NCBI GenBank assembly: GCA_951406725.2
Contig: OX597836.1
Coordinates: 32,488,001-32,552,000, forward strand
From: Octopus vulgaris
Lineage: Eukaryota
Direction of reading: 5' to 3'
DNA: 64,000 bases
Part shown: in pieces, positions 11,336 through 23,635 of the stretch
How the letters are laid out: every line of letters begins with the position of its first letter
Numbering within the stretch: the first letter of the stretch is position 1
Program-made: the position numbers and the translations under genes
The notes under the pieces: generated by a model
The model's database searches: none
Seen by the model: the letters and a program-made list of their open reading frames with translations, nothing else
What the model was told of the DNA's origin: nothing

Positions 11336-11586
11336 GTATATACTATGAGTCCACTGTATGTTATGGCAGAAACAGCTGTAAGCTAATGAAGTGCTTAACA
11401 TAATAGTTTATTCCTTTGTCGTCTAATTTTTTTTTATATATACGTAGAGAGCGGGGGTGATTAAGATCTAAGATACCCAATAATGGGCAAATTGCTGTCC
11501 TTATCTTGATGCAAATATTTTACAAATTCTGTCTAACCATGTCATAACTAATTGCCAATTATTTTTAACTCTGATTTTCGTTGCAG

Positions 11587-11718
11587 GTTTGTGTGACCAT
11601 CATAGAAGCTAGGCAATTAGCAGGATTGAACATGGATCCTGTTATCTGTGTGACAGTCGGTGACCAGAAAAGATACACTAGTGTGAAAGAATCAACTAAC
11701 TGTCCTTATTATAATGAG
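11587..11718 (+). CDS. OTOF: Otoferlin-like ferlin, exon D (C2B domain)
   Basis: TTGCAG acceptor, GAG|GTATGT donor. 132 nt, [44 protein letters not shown], closely matching vertebrate otoferlin C2B as I recall it ([44 protein letters not shown]). Confidence 0.95.
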
Positions 11719-11974
11719 GTATGTAAAAAGTCTATTTTTGTGTATGTGTGTGTGTGTGTGAGTGTGTGTGTATGTGTAGGTGGGTGTTATTACTCCATCA
11801 TTATTTTCATCATCATGATTGTCATCATAATTATCATAATTGTTGTCATCTTCATCATCATCATCTTATTTTCTTTCATCCTTCTTCATCATCATCACCA
11901 TCATCATTGTCATCATGATTGTCGTCATCATCATGATTTTCGTTGTCATCTTCGTCATCCTTATTGTCATTATT

Positions 11975-12007
<33 letters not shown>

Positions 12008-13006
12008 TTCTTCTTCATCATCTTCATTGTTGTCATCATCCTCATCTTCCTCAGCATCTTCTTCTTCATCATTGTTATCATCATTGTTGCCATCATCATC
12101 ATTACCACCCACTTTTCCATTATTGCTTGAGTTTCTTATTTCTTTATTGCCCACAAAGGGCTAAATATAGAGGGGACAAACAGAGACAGACAAAGGGATT
12201 AAGTCGATTATATCGACCCCAGAGCATAACCGGTACTTAATTTATCGACCCCGAAAGGATGGAAGGCAAAGTCAACCTCGGCGGAATTTTAATTCAGAAT
12301 GTAATGGCAGACGAAATACCACTAAGCATTTCGCCCGACGTGCTAACATTTCTGCCAGCTCGCCACTTGAGTTTCTGTCACCTTGATCTGTCACTAGCTG
12401 AAACGACCTCATCTGCACACACACACCACAACTACAGGTGACAGCAATAGTTCACTAACTATACTGATTGATCCTGTCCATTGATAGCTTTGTCAATGTC
12501 TATTCACCGACTCAGCTTCTAGTGATATCTGCCAGTAGCTCAATAAATTTATTTGCCAAAATAATTCACATCCACCACACTGCATCCTATGATTTCAATG
12601 TTCCCTGGCTCATTTGGTTACATACTATTTAACCCAGTTTCCTTCCTTCACATTGTATTCTTGGTCACTTTAAATTCTAGAGAAACTAAGATAAACTCTA
12701 GCATAATAAGCTTACATGATAAGCCTACAGACTGAATTTTGATTATTGCATTTTTAATGACAAGTGACTGAGACCGTTGGCAATATATTGTGCTTGAGAA
12801 GACCTGACATGTCAAGTGAGATTGTAGTCATGGCCAATGCTAGTGTTTCATAATTGACACCCATGCCAGTGGCACGTAAACTGCACCCACTACACTCTTG
12901 GAGTGGTTGGTGTTCGGAAGGGCATCCAGCTGTGGAAACCATGCTAAATCAGATTCAAGCTAACCAGTTGTGCAGCTAACCAGTTTTCAGTCAAACTGTC
13001 CTGTCA

Positions 13007-13354
13007 GTAGGGACCTCACTTGACCCTGCCTGGGATTTAAAACCAAATCCACCCACTTGTTTTGATAAGCAATAAGCAGGTGGATTTGGTTTCAAATCTC
13101 AGGCAGGCCCATGCAAAAAAAGAGGAAGAGATAGGAAATGCTCTCTGTTATATAGTTTATAGTCAGTAATGTAGGTCAAAGCCTAAAGAAAGGACTGACC
13201 TTTCTTTGACCAGCACAGGTCCTTGGAGGTCAAGTGTTTTCCATCAGTCATCTGATGATGAGATGCAAATAAAGGATTTCCTGCTTGTTTTGACAAGCAA
13301 CAAGTAAGGTGGATTTAGCTTCAAATCTCATGCAGGGCCAAGTGAGGTTCCTAC
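13007..13354. mobile_element. MITE/foldback element with ~60-bp TIRs inserted in a SINE
   Basis: GTAGGGACCTCACTTGACCCTGCCTGGGATTTAAAACCAAATCCACC... versus ...GGTGGATTTAGCTTCAAATCTCATGCAGGGCCAAGTGAGGTTCCTAC. An extra internal inverted copy at about 13077-13108. Confidence 0.7.
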
Positions 13355-13492
13355 AAACCTGTGCCAATATGGAAAATGGTCATTAAATTACGATGATGAT
13401 GATGATGACAACAATGACAACAACAACGACGATGAGGGATTTGAAATTTAGAGCAAAACTGAATATACTGAATATCCATTGGACTCTATTAA

Positions 13493-13713
13493 CCCTTTTG
13501 TTACCATATTTTTGTTGAGATACTCTGTGTTTCTTTCAAGTAATTTTAAATATAACAAAGAATTTAGTAAAATAACTTAGTTATCATTAAGCTAGTGTAA
13601 GGAACATAAATTGTGACTAAGGTTTGGTGGCAGATTTTAATTCAAAACTTATGAAAACAAGACATTTGTACTCGGAACCAGAGCCAGTTTCAGCCAGGTT
13701 GGTAATGAAAGGT
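13493..13713. mobile_element. piggyBac-type (TTAA) MITE
   Basis: TTAA|CCCTTTTGTTACC ... GGTAATGAAAGGT|CTAA. Similar TTAA/CCCTTT-type ends at 7408 and around 48169-48957. Confidence 0.6.
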
Positions 13714-14947
13714 CTAATGTCTATTTACATTGGAAATTACCCATCTATGCTAGAGTTTGTAAGTACAATTTTTTCACCTCTCAGCTACTCACAGCAATTG
13801 AACCCGTGTTGTTTCCCTTAGTCTGAGGGTGACAGACACAGTGCTGGCTTATTCTAGGCGGATCTAGAACTAAGCAACAACAGCAACAACAACAACAACA
13901 GGCATAATCTCCTTACAATTTATGGCACACCCATCATGGTGCCAACATCCTGATGGCTTTATCATTGCAATCACATCAACTGTTGCCAATCCAGTCTTAA
14001 TCCGTTAGTTTAAGTCTGTTATCGTTTGTCATATTCGTGGTCTATAATCACATTCTGAATCAAAATTGTCAATATTCAGATAAGACATTATCATCATCCC
14101 CATCCTTATGCTCCTCCTCTTCCTCCTCCTCCTCACCATCATCATCACCATCATCTATTATCCACGAATGAGAAACAGAATCGAATAGTTTCTTCTAGTC
14201 TAGCCATGAAGTCAGCAGGTTTCAGTGGTGCTGCACTGCTTCGTTAAGGACAGCTTTACTAACAAGGAATTGTTTAGCACAGCGCCAGATTCTTTTCTTA
14301 CCTCCCGTTTGTTCACCAGTCACCACATTGTGTGTTTCACACTGTTTCCTCCAGGTGATCTTGTACGAAACATTATCATCATCATCATCATCATCATTTA
14401 GTGCCTGCTTTTCAGATGCATAAATGCTGATAGAAGAGCAGAGATTGGATAAGATATCCATACAAAGCTTTGTATCTCACAATATGTGAGTGTGTGTGCG
14501 TGTGTTTATGTGTGTGTGTGACCTGAGTTTGTTCCACCCACCCACCATCGCTTGACAACCGATGTTGGTGTGTTTACGTAACCATAGCTTAGCAGTTCGG
14601 CAAAACAGTCTGATAGAATAAGTACTAGGCTTTCAAAGAATAAATCCTGGGGTTGATTTCTTCAACTAAAGGCAGTGCTCCAGCATGGTAACAGTCAGAT
14701 GACTGAAACAAATATAAGACTAGCTAAACATTCAATTTCCAAAAGCTGTGCTTTCTAATCTCTTCCATGTGCCCTTTAGCTGTTTGGCCCATCACTTATT
14801 ACATTAGCTTGATCAGTTTTCCATTGATTCGTGCAGTGATAGCTCTCTCATATAATTGTTTATGTACACTGTGAAGTTTTATTTGAATTTTGTTGTGAAG
14901 TGTTCTTTGATTCATTTGTATTCTTCACTCATTATTTCGGTTTGTTC

Positions 14948-15138
14948 ATAGGCTTCTCAGCCTTTTGGCTAAGATCAAAGTGTAGTATTTGTTCTTATTA
15001 GCTTAATATCTGATACTGTCCCTATTTTGGGCCATCGATATTAAACAGGTTTTTAGAATGAGGAGAACTGTTAGGGACATGCTCCGCCTTTGCCATGGGT
15101 AGGCCTGGTATTGCAGTGCTTCCAGGATTCAGCCCATC
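14948..15138 (+). ncRNA. U2: Full-length U2 snRNA copy, probably a pseudogene
   Basis: GCTTCTCAGCCTTTTGGCTAAGATCAAAGTGTAGTATTTGTTCTTATTAGCTTAATATCTGATAC ... CCTGGTATTGCAGTGCTTCCAGG. Branch-point pairing GTAGTA and the stem-loop IV loop ATTGCAGT are present. Substitutions occur in conserved positions and the Sm site is degenerate (AGGTTTTTAG). Confidence 0.92.
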
Positions 15139-15367
15139 TTTTGTAGGCACAGGAGTGGCTGTGTGGTAAGTAGCTTGCTTACCAACCACATGGTTCCAGG
15201 TGTAATGATTGCATTATTCAATTAAATGGTGTTGCTTGAAACGATCGTACTGCATTACCTCTGGATATCCTTGCTGCTTATTTCGATTTTAATCACCTTA
15301 TTTTGAAATTGTATGGATAATACCGTACTAAATTCTGGTACCTCAACTTAAGTACCATATTCATCTG

Positions 15368-15458
<91 letters not shown>

Positions 15459-15916
15459 ATATATATATATATATATAGAAGGTGTATGGCTTAATGACTT
15501 GGGTATTCAGCTCATGATAGTAAGGTCATGAGTTCGTTTCCTGGTAGCACATTGTGTCCTTGAGCAAGGTTCTTTATTTTTTTCATTGATTCATTCCACT
15601 TGGCTGGCAAAAATGAGTTGTACCTGTAATTCAAAGGAGCCAGCCTTGTCACATTCCGTGTCATGGTGAATTTCCCTGAGAACTACTTTAAGAGTATGCG
15701 TGTCTGTGGAGTACTCAGCCACTTTCACATTTCCTGAACACGGGCTGTTCTATTGATCAGATCAACTGAGGCACTCATTATTGTGACTGACAGAGATCCA
15801 GGCTATATTTATATATTTATATATATACACACACACACTCACATATATATCTGTATATATTTATATATATATATATTATATCTATAGATATATACACACA
15901 CACACTCACATATATA

Positions 15917-15962
<46 letters not shown>

Positions 15963-18572
15963 TACACTCACATATATTCACACACCTATACATATACATA
16001 CATACACACATACATATAGATATGCTAATACTTATAAACGAGTGTTTGTGTGTATATGTATATTCACACACGTTAACCTTTACCTGAATGTCATCAACTG
16101 AACATTTATCATTCTTCATCTACTACCACACACCTTTTCCTTTCTTCTTTCTTTGGTTCCCTGTCTCTTTTTTTTCTTTGTTTTTTTTTTTAGTCCTTGT
16201 TGAAAAAAAGTACAAATATTATTGTAGTCAACATCATTAACATTAGTTCCACACCACCACTACCACCACCACCACCACCACCACCACCACTACCACCACT
16301 GCCACCATTGACTCCACTGTCACCAACAAAAGCAACTACAATGACTATTTTCATGGCTTAGACATCTTATTACATTGTCTTGAGGCTGCTGTATCATTTT
16401 ATTCCGAGAAATAAAATCGTTTTTCTGTTTTTGGATGAAATCTTAATTCTTCATCTTAAATTGTATCCAGACAGTGAACTTCTGTTGCCTGGGTGGAGTA
16501 AATGAAAAGACATTTTAAAAAGAAAACATAACTGAAAGGAGAAAGAATGGATACTATCGAAGGAATTCTCTTCAGTTCCATAAGAGGGCAAATGGTAATT
16601 TACTTGTATCGAAGCATTCAATACTGGGTAGAAGAAAATTATTTTCTTGTCTAGTTACTCTTTTACTTGTTTCAATCATTTGACTGCGGCCATGCTGGAG
16701 CATTGCCTTTAGTCAATCAATTCGACTCTAGAACTTATTCTTTGTAAACCAATACATTTGAATAAATAGACATACTGGAATGTTTACCGGCTGACGTCTG
16801 TTGATTTTATATACTCACCATTTTCTTATTTGGTGTATAAATCAAGGATAAGCCACTTGTTACTCCCACCCATATATAATACTATAATACCCAATTGTGA
16901 GATTGGTATGCAATAACTAGCACTTGGATATGAATAATTGTATACACTACTACCAGCAGTATATTGGATAGGTACTATCCCTTAGTTGGTTTCTCAACCT
17001 CTAACTCATACAGAAATGTGTATATATATATATATACATACACACATACATTTATGTATTTGTTTTGCAAGGTTCCTGATATGAAATCACGTGTTGAAAC
17101 AGATATTATTATATTTTGGGATGGTCATTTCTTTATTTTTTATTTTTTTGCCAGATAAACATGCATTAAATTTAACAATATATATATGTATGTTTGTATC
17201 TATGTTTGTATGTATGTATGTATGTATGCATGTATGTATGTATGCATGTATGTATGTATTTGTGTGTGTATGTGTATATATATATATATATATATGATAG
17301 GCTTCTTTCAGTCTTCATCTGCCAAATCCATTCACAATGCTTTGATCAGCCAGGAACTATAATAAAAGACATTTCTTCCAACCACCATTAAGTGGAACTG
17401 AACTCATGGCCATGTGGATGGGAAGCAAACTTTTCACCACACAACCATGCTTCACAATTAAATGGTTAAACTCATTGTCAGTTTTCTATTGTGTTAGCCA
17501 CAGAATCTCTGCTGTGTTATTTGTACTTGTCTTTTTAGTTCTTAAAGAGTTAAAAGGTGTAAAGTAACTCAAAAGGATTTCATCCTAGATCTGAGATTAA
17601 TATAATTGATTGATTTCTAAGAAGGGCAGAAATGCACAGATTTCCCCTCAAGGGTTACAATATTCTTCATTTATCAATTGCAGTTGATGACAGCTATGGT
17701 ATTTTATCAACCTCTGGATGATGAATGGTAAAGTGCAAAGTTCTTCGACTAGATAAAATATACTGATTTTTGGTTTTCTTTTTTAGCCATACAAACAATA
17801 ACAGCAACAGTTATTGGTAGTGGCTTTTATTTATCATCATCATCATCATCATTATTGTCATCATCGTCATCATCATCATCGTTATCATCATCATCGCTAC
17901 CATCATCTTCCTCCTCCTTCTCCTCTCCTTTTTCTCCTCCTTCTCTTCTCCCTCCTCCTCATTATCATCGTCATCATAGCCATCATCATCGCCATTATCA
18001 TCATCATCATTACCATCATCATCGTCGTCGTTGTTGTCATCATCACCACCGTCATCTTCCTCTTTCTTCTCCTCTCCTTTTCCTCCTCCTTCTCTTCCCC
18101 CCTCCTCATTATCATCGTCATCATAGTCATCATCATCGTCATTATCATCATCATCATCATTACCATCATCATCATCATCATCTAATATCTGCCTTTCATG
18201 CTGGTATGGGTCAGATGCTTTGACAGGAGCTTGGAATTCAGAAGACCACACCAGGTTCCATTGTCGGCTTTGACATGGTTTCTGCAGCTGGATGCCCTTC
18301 TTAATGCCAACCACTTTACAGAAGGTAAACGGGTGCTTTTTTATGTGGCACCAACACTAGTGAGGTCACCAAGGAACTTGCAAGACAAAGATCCATGTCT
18401 GAGAGAGGAGAAGTATTGAAGAATGATGCTTTGATCCAGGTGATGAGAAGCTAGAGTATGAATAAAGGGACAGAATTTGGTGTCTGGCTGTAAAGAAACA
18501 TGGCTACCCAATTTGGGGAGAGAGAGGAGAAAGAAAGAGGAGGGAGAAGAAGAGAGAGAGAATATTCTTCTA

Positions 18573-18617
<45 letters not shown>

Positions 18618-19196
18618 GAGTGTGAGAGCAGTGCATACCATAAAAGTGACACTGGGTAAAATATACGAAGCCCAGTTTACCCATCATGACTACCCGTCTG
18701 ATAAGGGTACACTAGGCACATGCATCACAGCCATATGTGCATGACATGGTGATCTCATATCAAGATAAACAAAACATGACCTTGCAGGTGTGGCCCAGTT
18801 AGAATTTTCTTCTGGTTGAGTAGCCCATCCTGCTCAAAAGGTCCCTGAGTAAGGATTGTTTAAGTGTGTTGAACAAACCACCCGTGTTTCCAGAGGCAAA
18901 TTATTCAGACCCCAAAGAATCCCTCTCAACACACGGCTCTGATGCTCCCCCACTACTTCTGCTCATGGTCAGAGATGCACATATCATCAGCCACTAAGGG
19001 ACACACTCTGTTTAAGGTCAAACAACTGACAAGCAAATCTGTGGTATTGAGCAGAATATTTGCTGTAGCTCATCTTTTATACCAAGGCAAAACAGTGTAC
19101 ATGATAACAATTCCATTCAGTTAAGATCAGAAGCCACAAGAGCCACTGCCTAGTACTGCATCAGGGCATTTTATTATTATTATTATTATTATTATT
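18618..19196 (+). mobile_element. ~550-bp interspersed repeat with (TTA)n tail (LINE 3' end or SINE)
   Basis: Colinear diverged second copy at about 54726-55320 (GAGAGCAGTGCAT...AAAGTGACACTGGG...TACTGCATCAGGGCAT + TTA repeats). Confidence 0.7.
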
Positions 19197-19569
19197 GGAA
19201 AGGTGGCAAACATAACATTTCTCAGTAAAGGCTAGATTGGTATACAAAACTACTTTCTGCAGTTAAGAGTAATGAAATTTCAAGTGGATATATATCTGAT
19301 TTCTGCAGTGAAAGGCTTAACATATTTGAGAAATGGTATACAAATATATGTTGGCAGAATATTCTTGTCTTTTATTTTTTTATTTGCTTCAGTCATTTGA
19401 CTGTGGTCATGCTGGAACACAACCTTTAGTTGGACAAATCGACCCAAGGACTTATTCTTTGCAAGCCTTGTACTTATTCTATCAGTCTCTTTTGCCGAAC
19501 CACTAAGTTACATCAGTTGTCAAGCAATGTTTAGGGGACAAACACAGACACACAAACATATACACATAT

Positions 19570-19612
<43 letters not shown>

Positions 19613-20208
19613 AATATATATATATGTATATATATATATACTCAGGCTTCTTTCAGTTTCCGTCTACCAAATCCACTCACAAGGCTTTGGTTGAGCCGGG
19701 GCTATAGCAGAAGACACTCACCCAAGGTGCCATGCAGTGGGATTGAACCCAGAACCATGTGGTTGGGAAGCAAGCAACTTACCACACAGCCACTTCTGCG
19801 CCTGTATGTTCCCTTTACAATCATAAGGTTTTGATTTCTCTCCCACTGCATGACACTCTCAGCAAGTGTCTTTAACTATAGCTCTAGGATGACTTGATGT
19901 CTTGTGAGTGAAATTTGCTAGGCGGAAACTATACAGAAGCATGATTTGTGTGGGGGAGGAGTAACTAAGTGAGTGTGTGTGTGTGTGTGTTGGAGGAGGA
20001 GGAGAATGTCACAAAATCTGGGTTATCACTAACAACTACTTTTATAAATTTGTGAATATGATGACATTTCCTGTTTCGTAAAATATCAGGATTCCCAAAT
20101 TTTATTAACTGTTTTAAAGATGTTGTATGCAATTACGAAACTAAATTTCTTCATTTAAAAAAAAAACCCATTGATTCATCAATAATTCTTTTTCTTTCCT
20201 TATTTCAG

Positions 20209-20271
20209 TACTTTGTATTTGATTTCCACATGGCTCCAGCTATGTTATTTGACCAAATCATTACATTAACA
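20209..20271 (+). CDS. OTOF: Otoferlin-like ferlin, exon E (C2B domain)
   Basis: TTTCAG acceptor, ACA|GTAAGT donor. 63 nt, YFVFDFHMAPAMLFDQIITLT (otoferlin [21 protein letters not shown]). Phase 0/0. Confidence 0.95.
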
Positions 20272-20372
20272 GTAAGTACAGAGAATTTTCTTTTTATTCT
20301 TTCTCTCTTTGCACTTTACACACACATACACACACATATATATACATATACATACATATATGTGGCTCTATG

Positions 20373-20406
<34 letters not shown>

Positions 20407-20710
20407 GAGAAAATATTGGGATTTAGTTCACAAGTGATCTTAATGACTAGGTATGCAAGGTAAGTGCTGTAATGGATTATGCTTCTTTTTTCTTCTATTT
20501 CCTCATCTCTTTATTCCTTTACTATTGTCCTCTATGTCGTCAATCCATTAATCTAAACCCTTTTCACTTACCCTATTTGGCTCTGATGACAGAATATCCC
20601 CCATGCTGGGATATCTCATAAGCAGCTATAAGACTTTGAATTTTTTTCCAATAATAATAATGTATACAACTTGAGATGTTTGCCTTGCCTTAACGTTTGT
20701 CATCCTCTTT

Positions 20711-20790
<80 letters not shown>

Positions 20791-20963
20791 CATACATACA
20801 TACATACATATATGTATGTCTGTATATATATATATATACATATACATACATACATACATGCATATATGTATGTCTGTATATATATATATATACAGACATA
20901 CTAACACTAGCTACTAAACCTTCTTTACCTTCTTTATTTTCTCTCTCTGCGTTATTTCTGTGT

Positions 20964-21002
20964 TCTTTTCTGTTGACGAACATAGGCTTGAAACATAAAA
21001 GA
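20964..21002 (+). ncRNA. Hammerhead-like motif, A6U core variant, degraded copy
   Basis: TCTTTT CTGTTGA C GAAC ATAG GCTT GAAA CAT A AAAGA. Homologous to 44538-44575, inside a ~150-200-bp element flanked by (TA)n. Confidence 0.45.
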
Positions 21003-21110
21003 CTTTCTCGCTTCCTGAGCGTTAAACTAATACACCTGCTTGTTGTTTGCACACCTGTCTTCGTCTTTTGTTTTGTTTTTTTTTTGTAAATTCCAACTAT
21101 ATATATATAT

Positions 21111-21162
<52 letters not shown>

Positions 21163-22004
21163 CTGGTGAAGGCCAGTTTGTGGGGTTACCCTGGGTTTCC
21201 CGTCCATAAAGGGTTTAACTTTATGGCATATCTTCAGACCGCAAGACCTGTTGGCCTATGTAACCCTTTTCCAATACTCAGATAGTTTCCAGTTCTCCAT
21301 GTCAGCTAACATGAGTTCAGCTACGATTTTAACCTTTATGATCTGCAACACCATTGACTGTTCAACAATACATGAGTTTGTTCCTGAAAAAAAGAGACAC
21401 ACAAAAAAAGAGCTACTAATAGTTTCATGCAATCATGATATTTGAACAGGTGTATTTATAAAATACACCAAGTATCTTAAAGCAAACTTTCAGGATTCTG
21501 TTAATGCATTATATATATTTTTTGAGAAAAAGACTGTAGGTCAACAAAAAAGATATGAAAAAATGTGGAAAAAACATGAAGAAGGTTCTTGCAAAAAAAT
21601 GGAACGAGAAAAAAGCAAATGAAATCAAGAACCATGATCCTCATACTCCCTGGTTGCAGAAAGTTTATTAAATACAACTAATTTAGAACAAAGTAACTAA
21701 AAATATGTCAAAGTCTGAGACAACAATTCAACCTGGAGAGGGTAGTACCCTCCAATTCGATATAAATATATTTATACATGTGTGTGTGAGTGTGAAATAC
21801 AATAAATGACCAAAGAACAGGAAATAATGCTATAAAGTCCATTGCATGATTTCCTATTCCTTTGTCATTTATTTCATTTCATATTACACTCTGTACTCAT
21901 CTAACACTTTATTCTGAAGCATTTATATATTGAAATCTAACTCAATATGTTAGTTATTAGTATCACTATGCCTAAGCAAATGTTAATATATATATAGGTA
22001 TATA

Positions 22005-22044
<40 letters not shown>

Positions 22045-22087
22045 TGATTGATTGATTGATTCTAGTTTCAGCTCACGAGCTGTGGCC

Positions 22088-22123
<36 letters not shown>

Positions 22124-22530
22124 TTGTATGTATGTATTCTTTTACTCTTGTTTCAGCCATTTGACCGCAGCCATGCTGGAGTACTGCCTTAAAAGGTTTT
22201 ACTCTAACACATTGACCCCCAGGACTTTTTTTAACCTGGTACTTATTCTATTGGTCTTTTTTTGTTAAACTGCTAAGTCATGCAGTGATCGGGGGGAGGG
22301 GGACAAACACAGACACAAAGGTACATACACACATAGATATATACAAATACGTACATGGATGTATATATATATATATATATATATGCAATGGGCTTCTTTC
22401 AATTTCCATCTACCAAATCCACTCACAAGGCTATAGTTGAAGACACTTGCCTAAAGTGCCACAAAGTGGAAACTGAACCTAGAACCATGTGGTTGGGAAG
22501 CAACCTCCTGGCCACACAGTCATGCCTATA

Positions 22531-22561
<31 letters not shown>

Positions 22562-22689
22562 TTCATAATGGAATACCATACTACACTGGAGTCCTGACAG
22601 ATAACAGATACAAAGATAACTCATACATCCCAACCATCACACATTCATAGTTTAAGAAGAGCCCTAAGAGAAGTATACATTTCACCCCT

Positions 22690-22790
22690 ATCTTTCACTT
22701 TAAATATGAGGATCAATAGACGCAGAAGCATCCTAGCCCTACTAGATAAGCATTTTCCTAATGAGCATAGATATAGAAAAAATCTTAAAT
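22690..22790 (+). mobile_element. Penelope-like element coding fragment
   Basis: Translation RSILALLDKHFPNEHRYRKNLK resembles the PLE post-RT motif (L..LxDKHFP..H.x.KIFN). Confidence 0.5.
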
Positions 22791-22794
22791 AACC

Positions 22795-23635
22795 ATTCTG
22801 TGCTGGTCATTTTTCATTGTGATTCTTGAAAAAATCAAAAGCTATCACCTATTTTATGGCTGGGAGATAGCAGTTTACTTAAAGTACCCATCTTCAGCTT
22901 CCACCATGGCCTCAAGGTGGCTTTGGAACCTAGTGCATGCATTTCCTCACTGTGTCCCTAGGAAGATCTTCCAACACCTCTTTGATCTTGGCCACCAGCT
23001 CGACCTTGGTGTTGCAGGCTGAGTAGTTGGTGTCATTTTTAACCACACGCCCACACATAGTAATCCATGATATTACTAACGGGGGAATTAGGAGACCAGA
23101 AATTGGGACTGGTGAAGTCCTAGAAATTTTCTGACAGCCACTTCTGACTCTTTCTGGAGGTATGACAAGGAAGCAAATCCTGCAGCCACACATATGGCCT
23201 TCCAGCAGCAACACTCTCCATCCATAGATTGACCAGAATCTCCAGTTGCTTCACATAGCTGTCTGAACTGGACTTAAGGCTCTGTTCAAAGATCTAGAGT
23301 AGCATTATCTTACCCCCACTGAAGATATATTTAAAGATCACCACAATTTGGGCGGGGTGGTGGTGGGGACCTGGTTTCCATGGTATCCAAGTCAAGTTTT
23401 ACAGCCTTTACAGAATTCACAAAGTATTGAGCATCAGCCATGATGTCAGCATCTTGATACCCAGAACAAATTACCATCATACATGTAACCCTTTTCCAAT
23501 ACTCAGATAGTTTCCAATCCTCAATGTTGGTTAAATATGTTTTCAACTATAATTTTAACCTTTTTATTCTCCAACACCATTGACTGTTCAACAATACATC
23601 AGTCTGTTCCCGAAAAAAGGAGACATAAAAAAAAA
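22795..23635 (-). mobile_element. Degraded Tc1/mariner transposon (transposase pseudogene)
   Basis: Minus-strand frames give PYVWLQD..PCH, FWSPNSP...MDYYVW and NTKVELVAKIKEVLEDLPRDTVR..C.RF...LEAMVEAEDGYF, i.e. DD..D/E catalytic motifs with frameshifts. Its 5' segment (23487-23635) is repeated at 21260-21410. Confidence 0.8.

Noticed and set aside
11719-12240. His-rich extension of the 219-aa ORF at 11581, and similar poly-His/Asp/Ser ORFs at 17811, 32077, 58001, 59235
   Set aside because: Read-through past the GTATGT donor at 11719 into cryptic (CAT)n repeats and a SINE; only 11587-11718 is exon.
13250-13280. CTGATGA motif
   Set aside because: No downstream GAAA or stems; occurs by chance in GAT-rich sequence.
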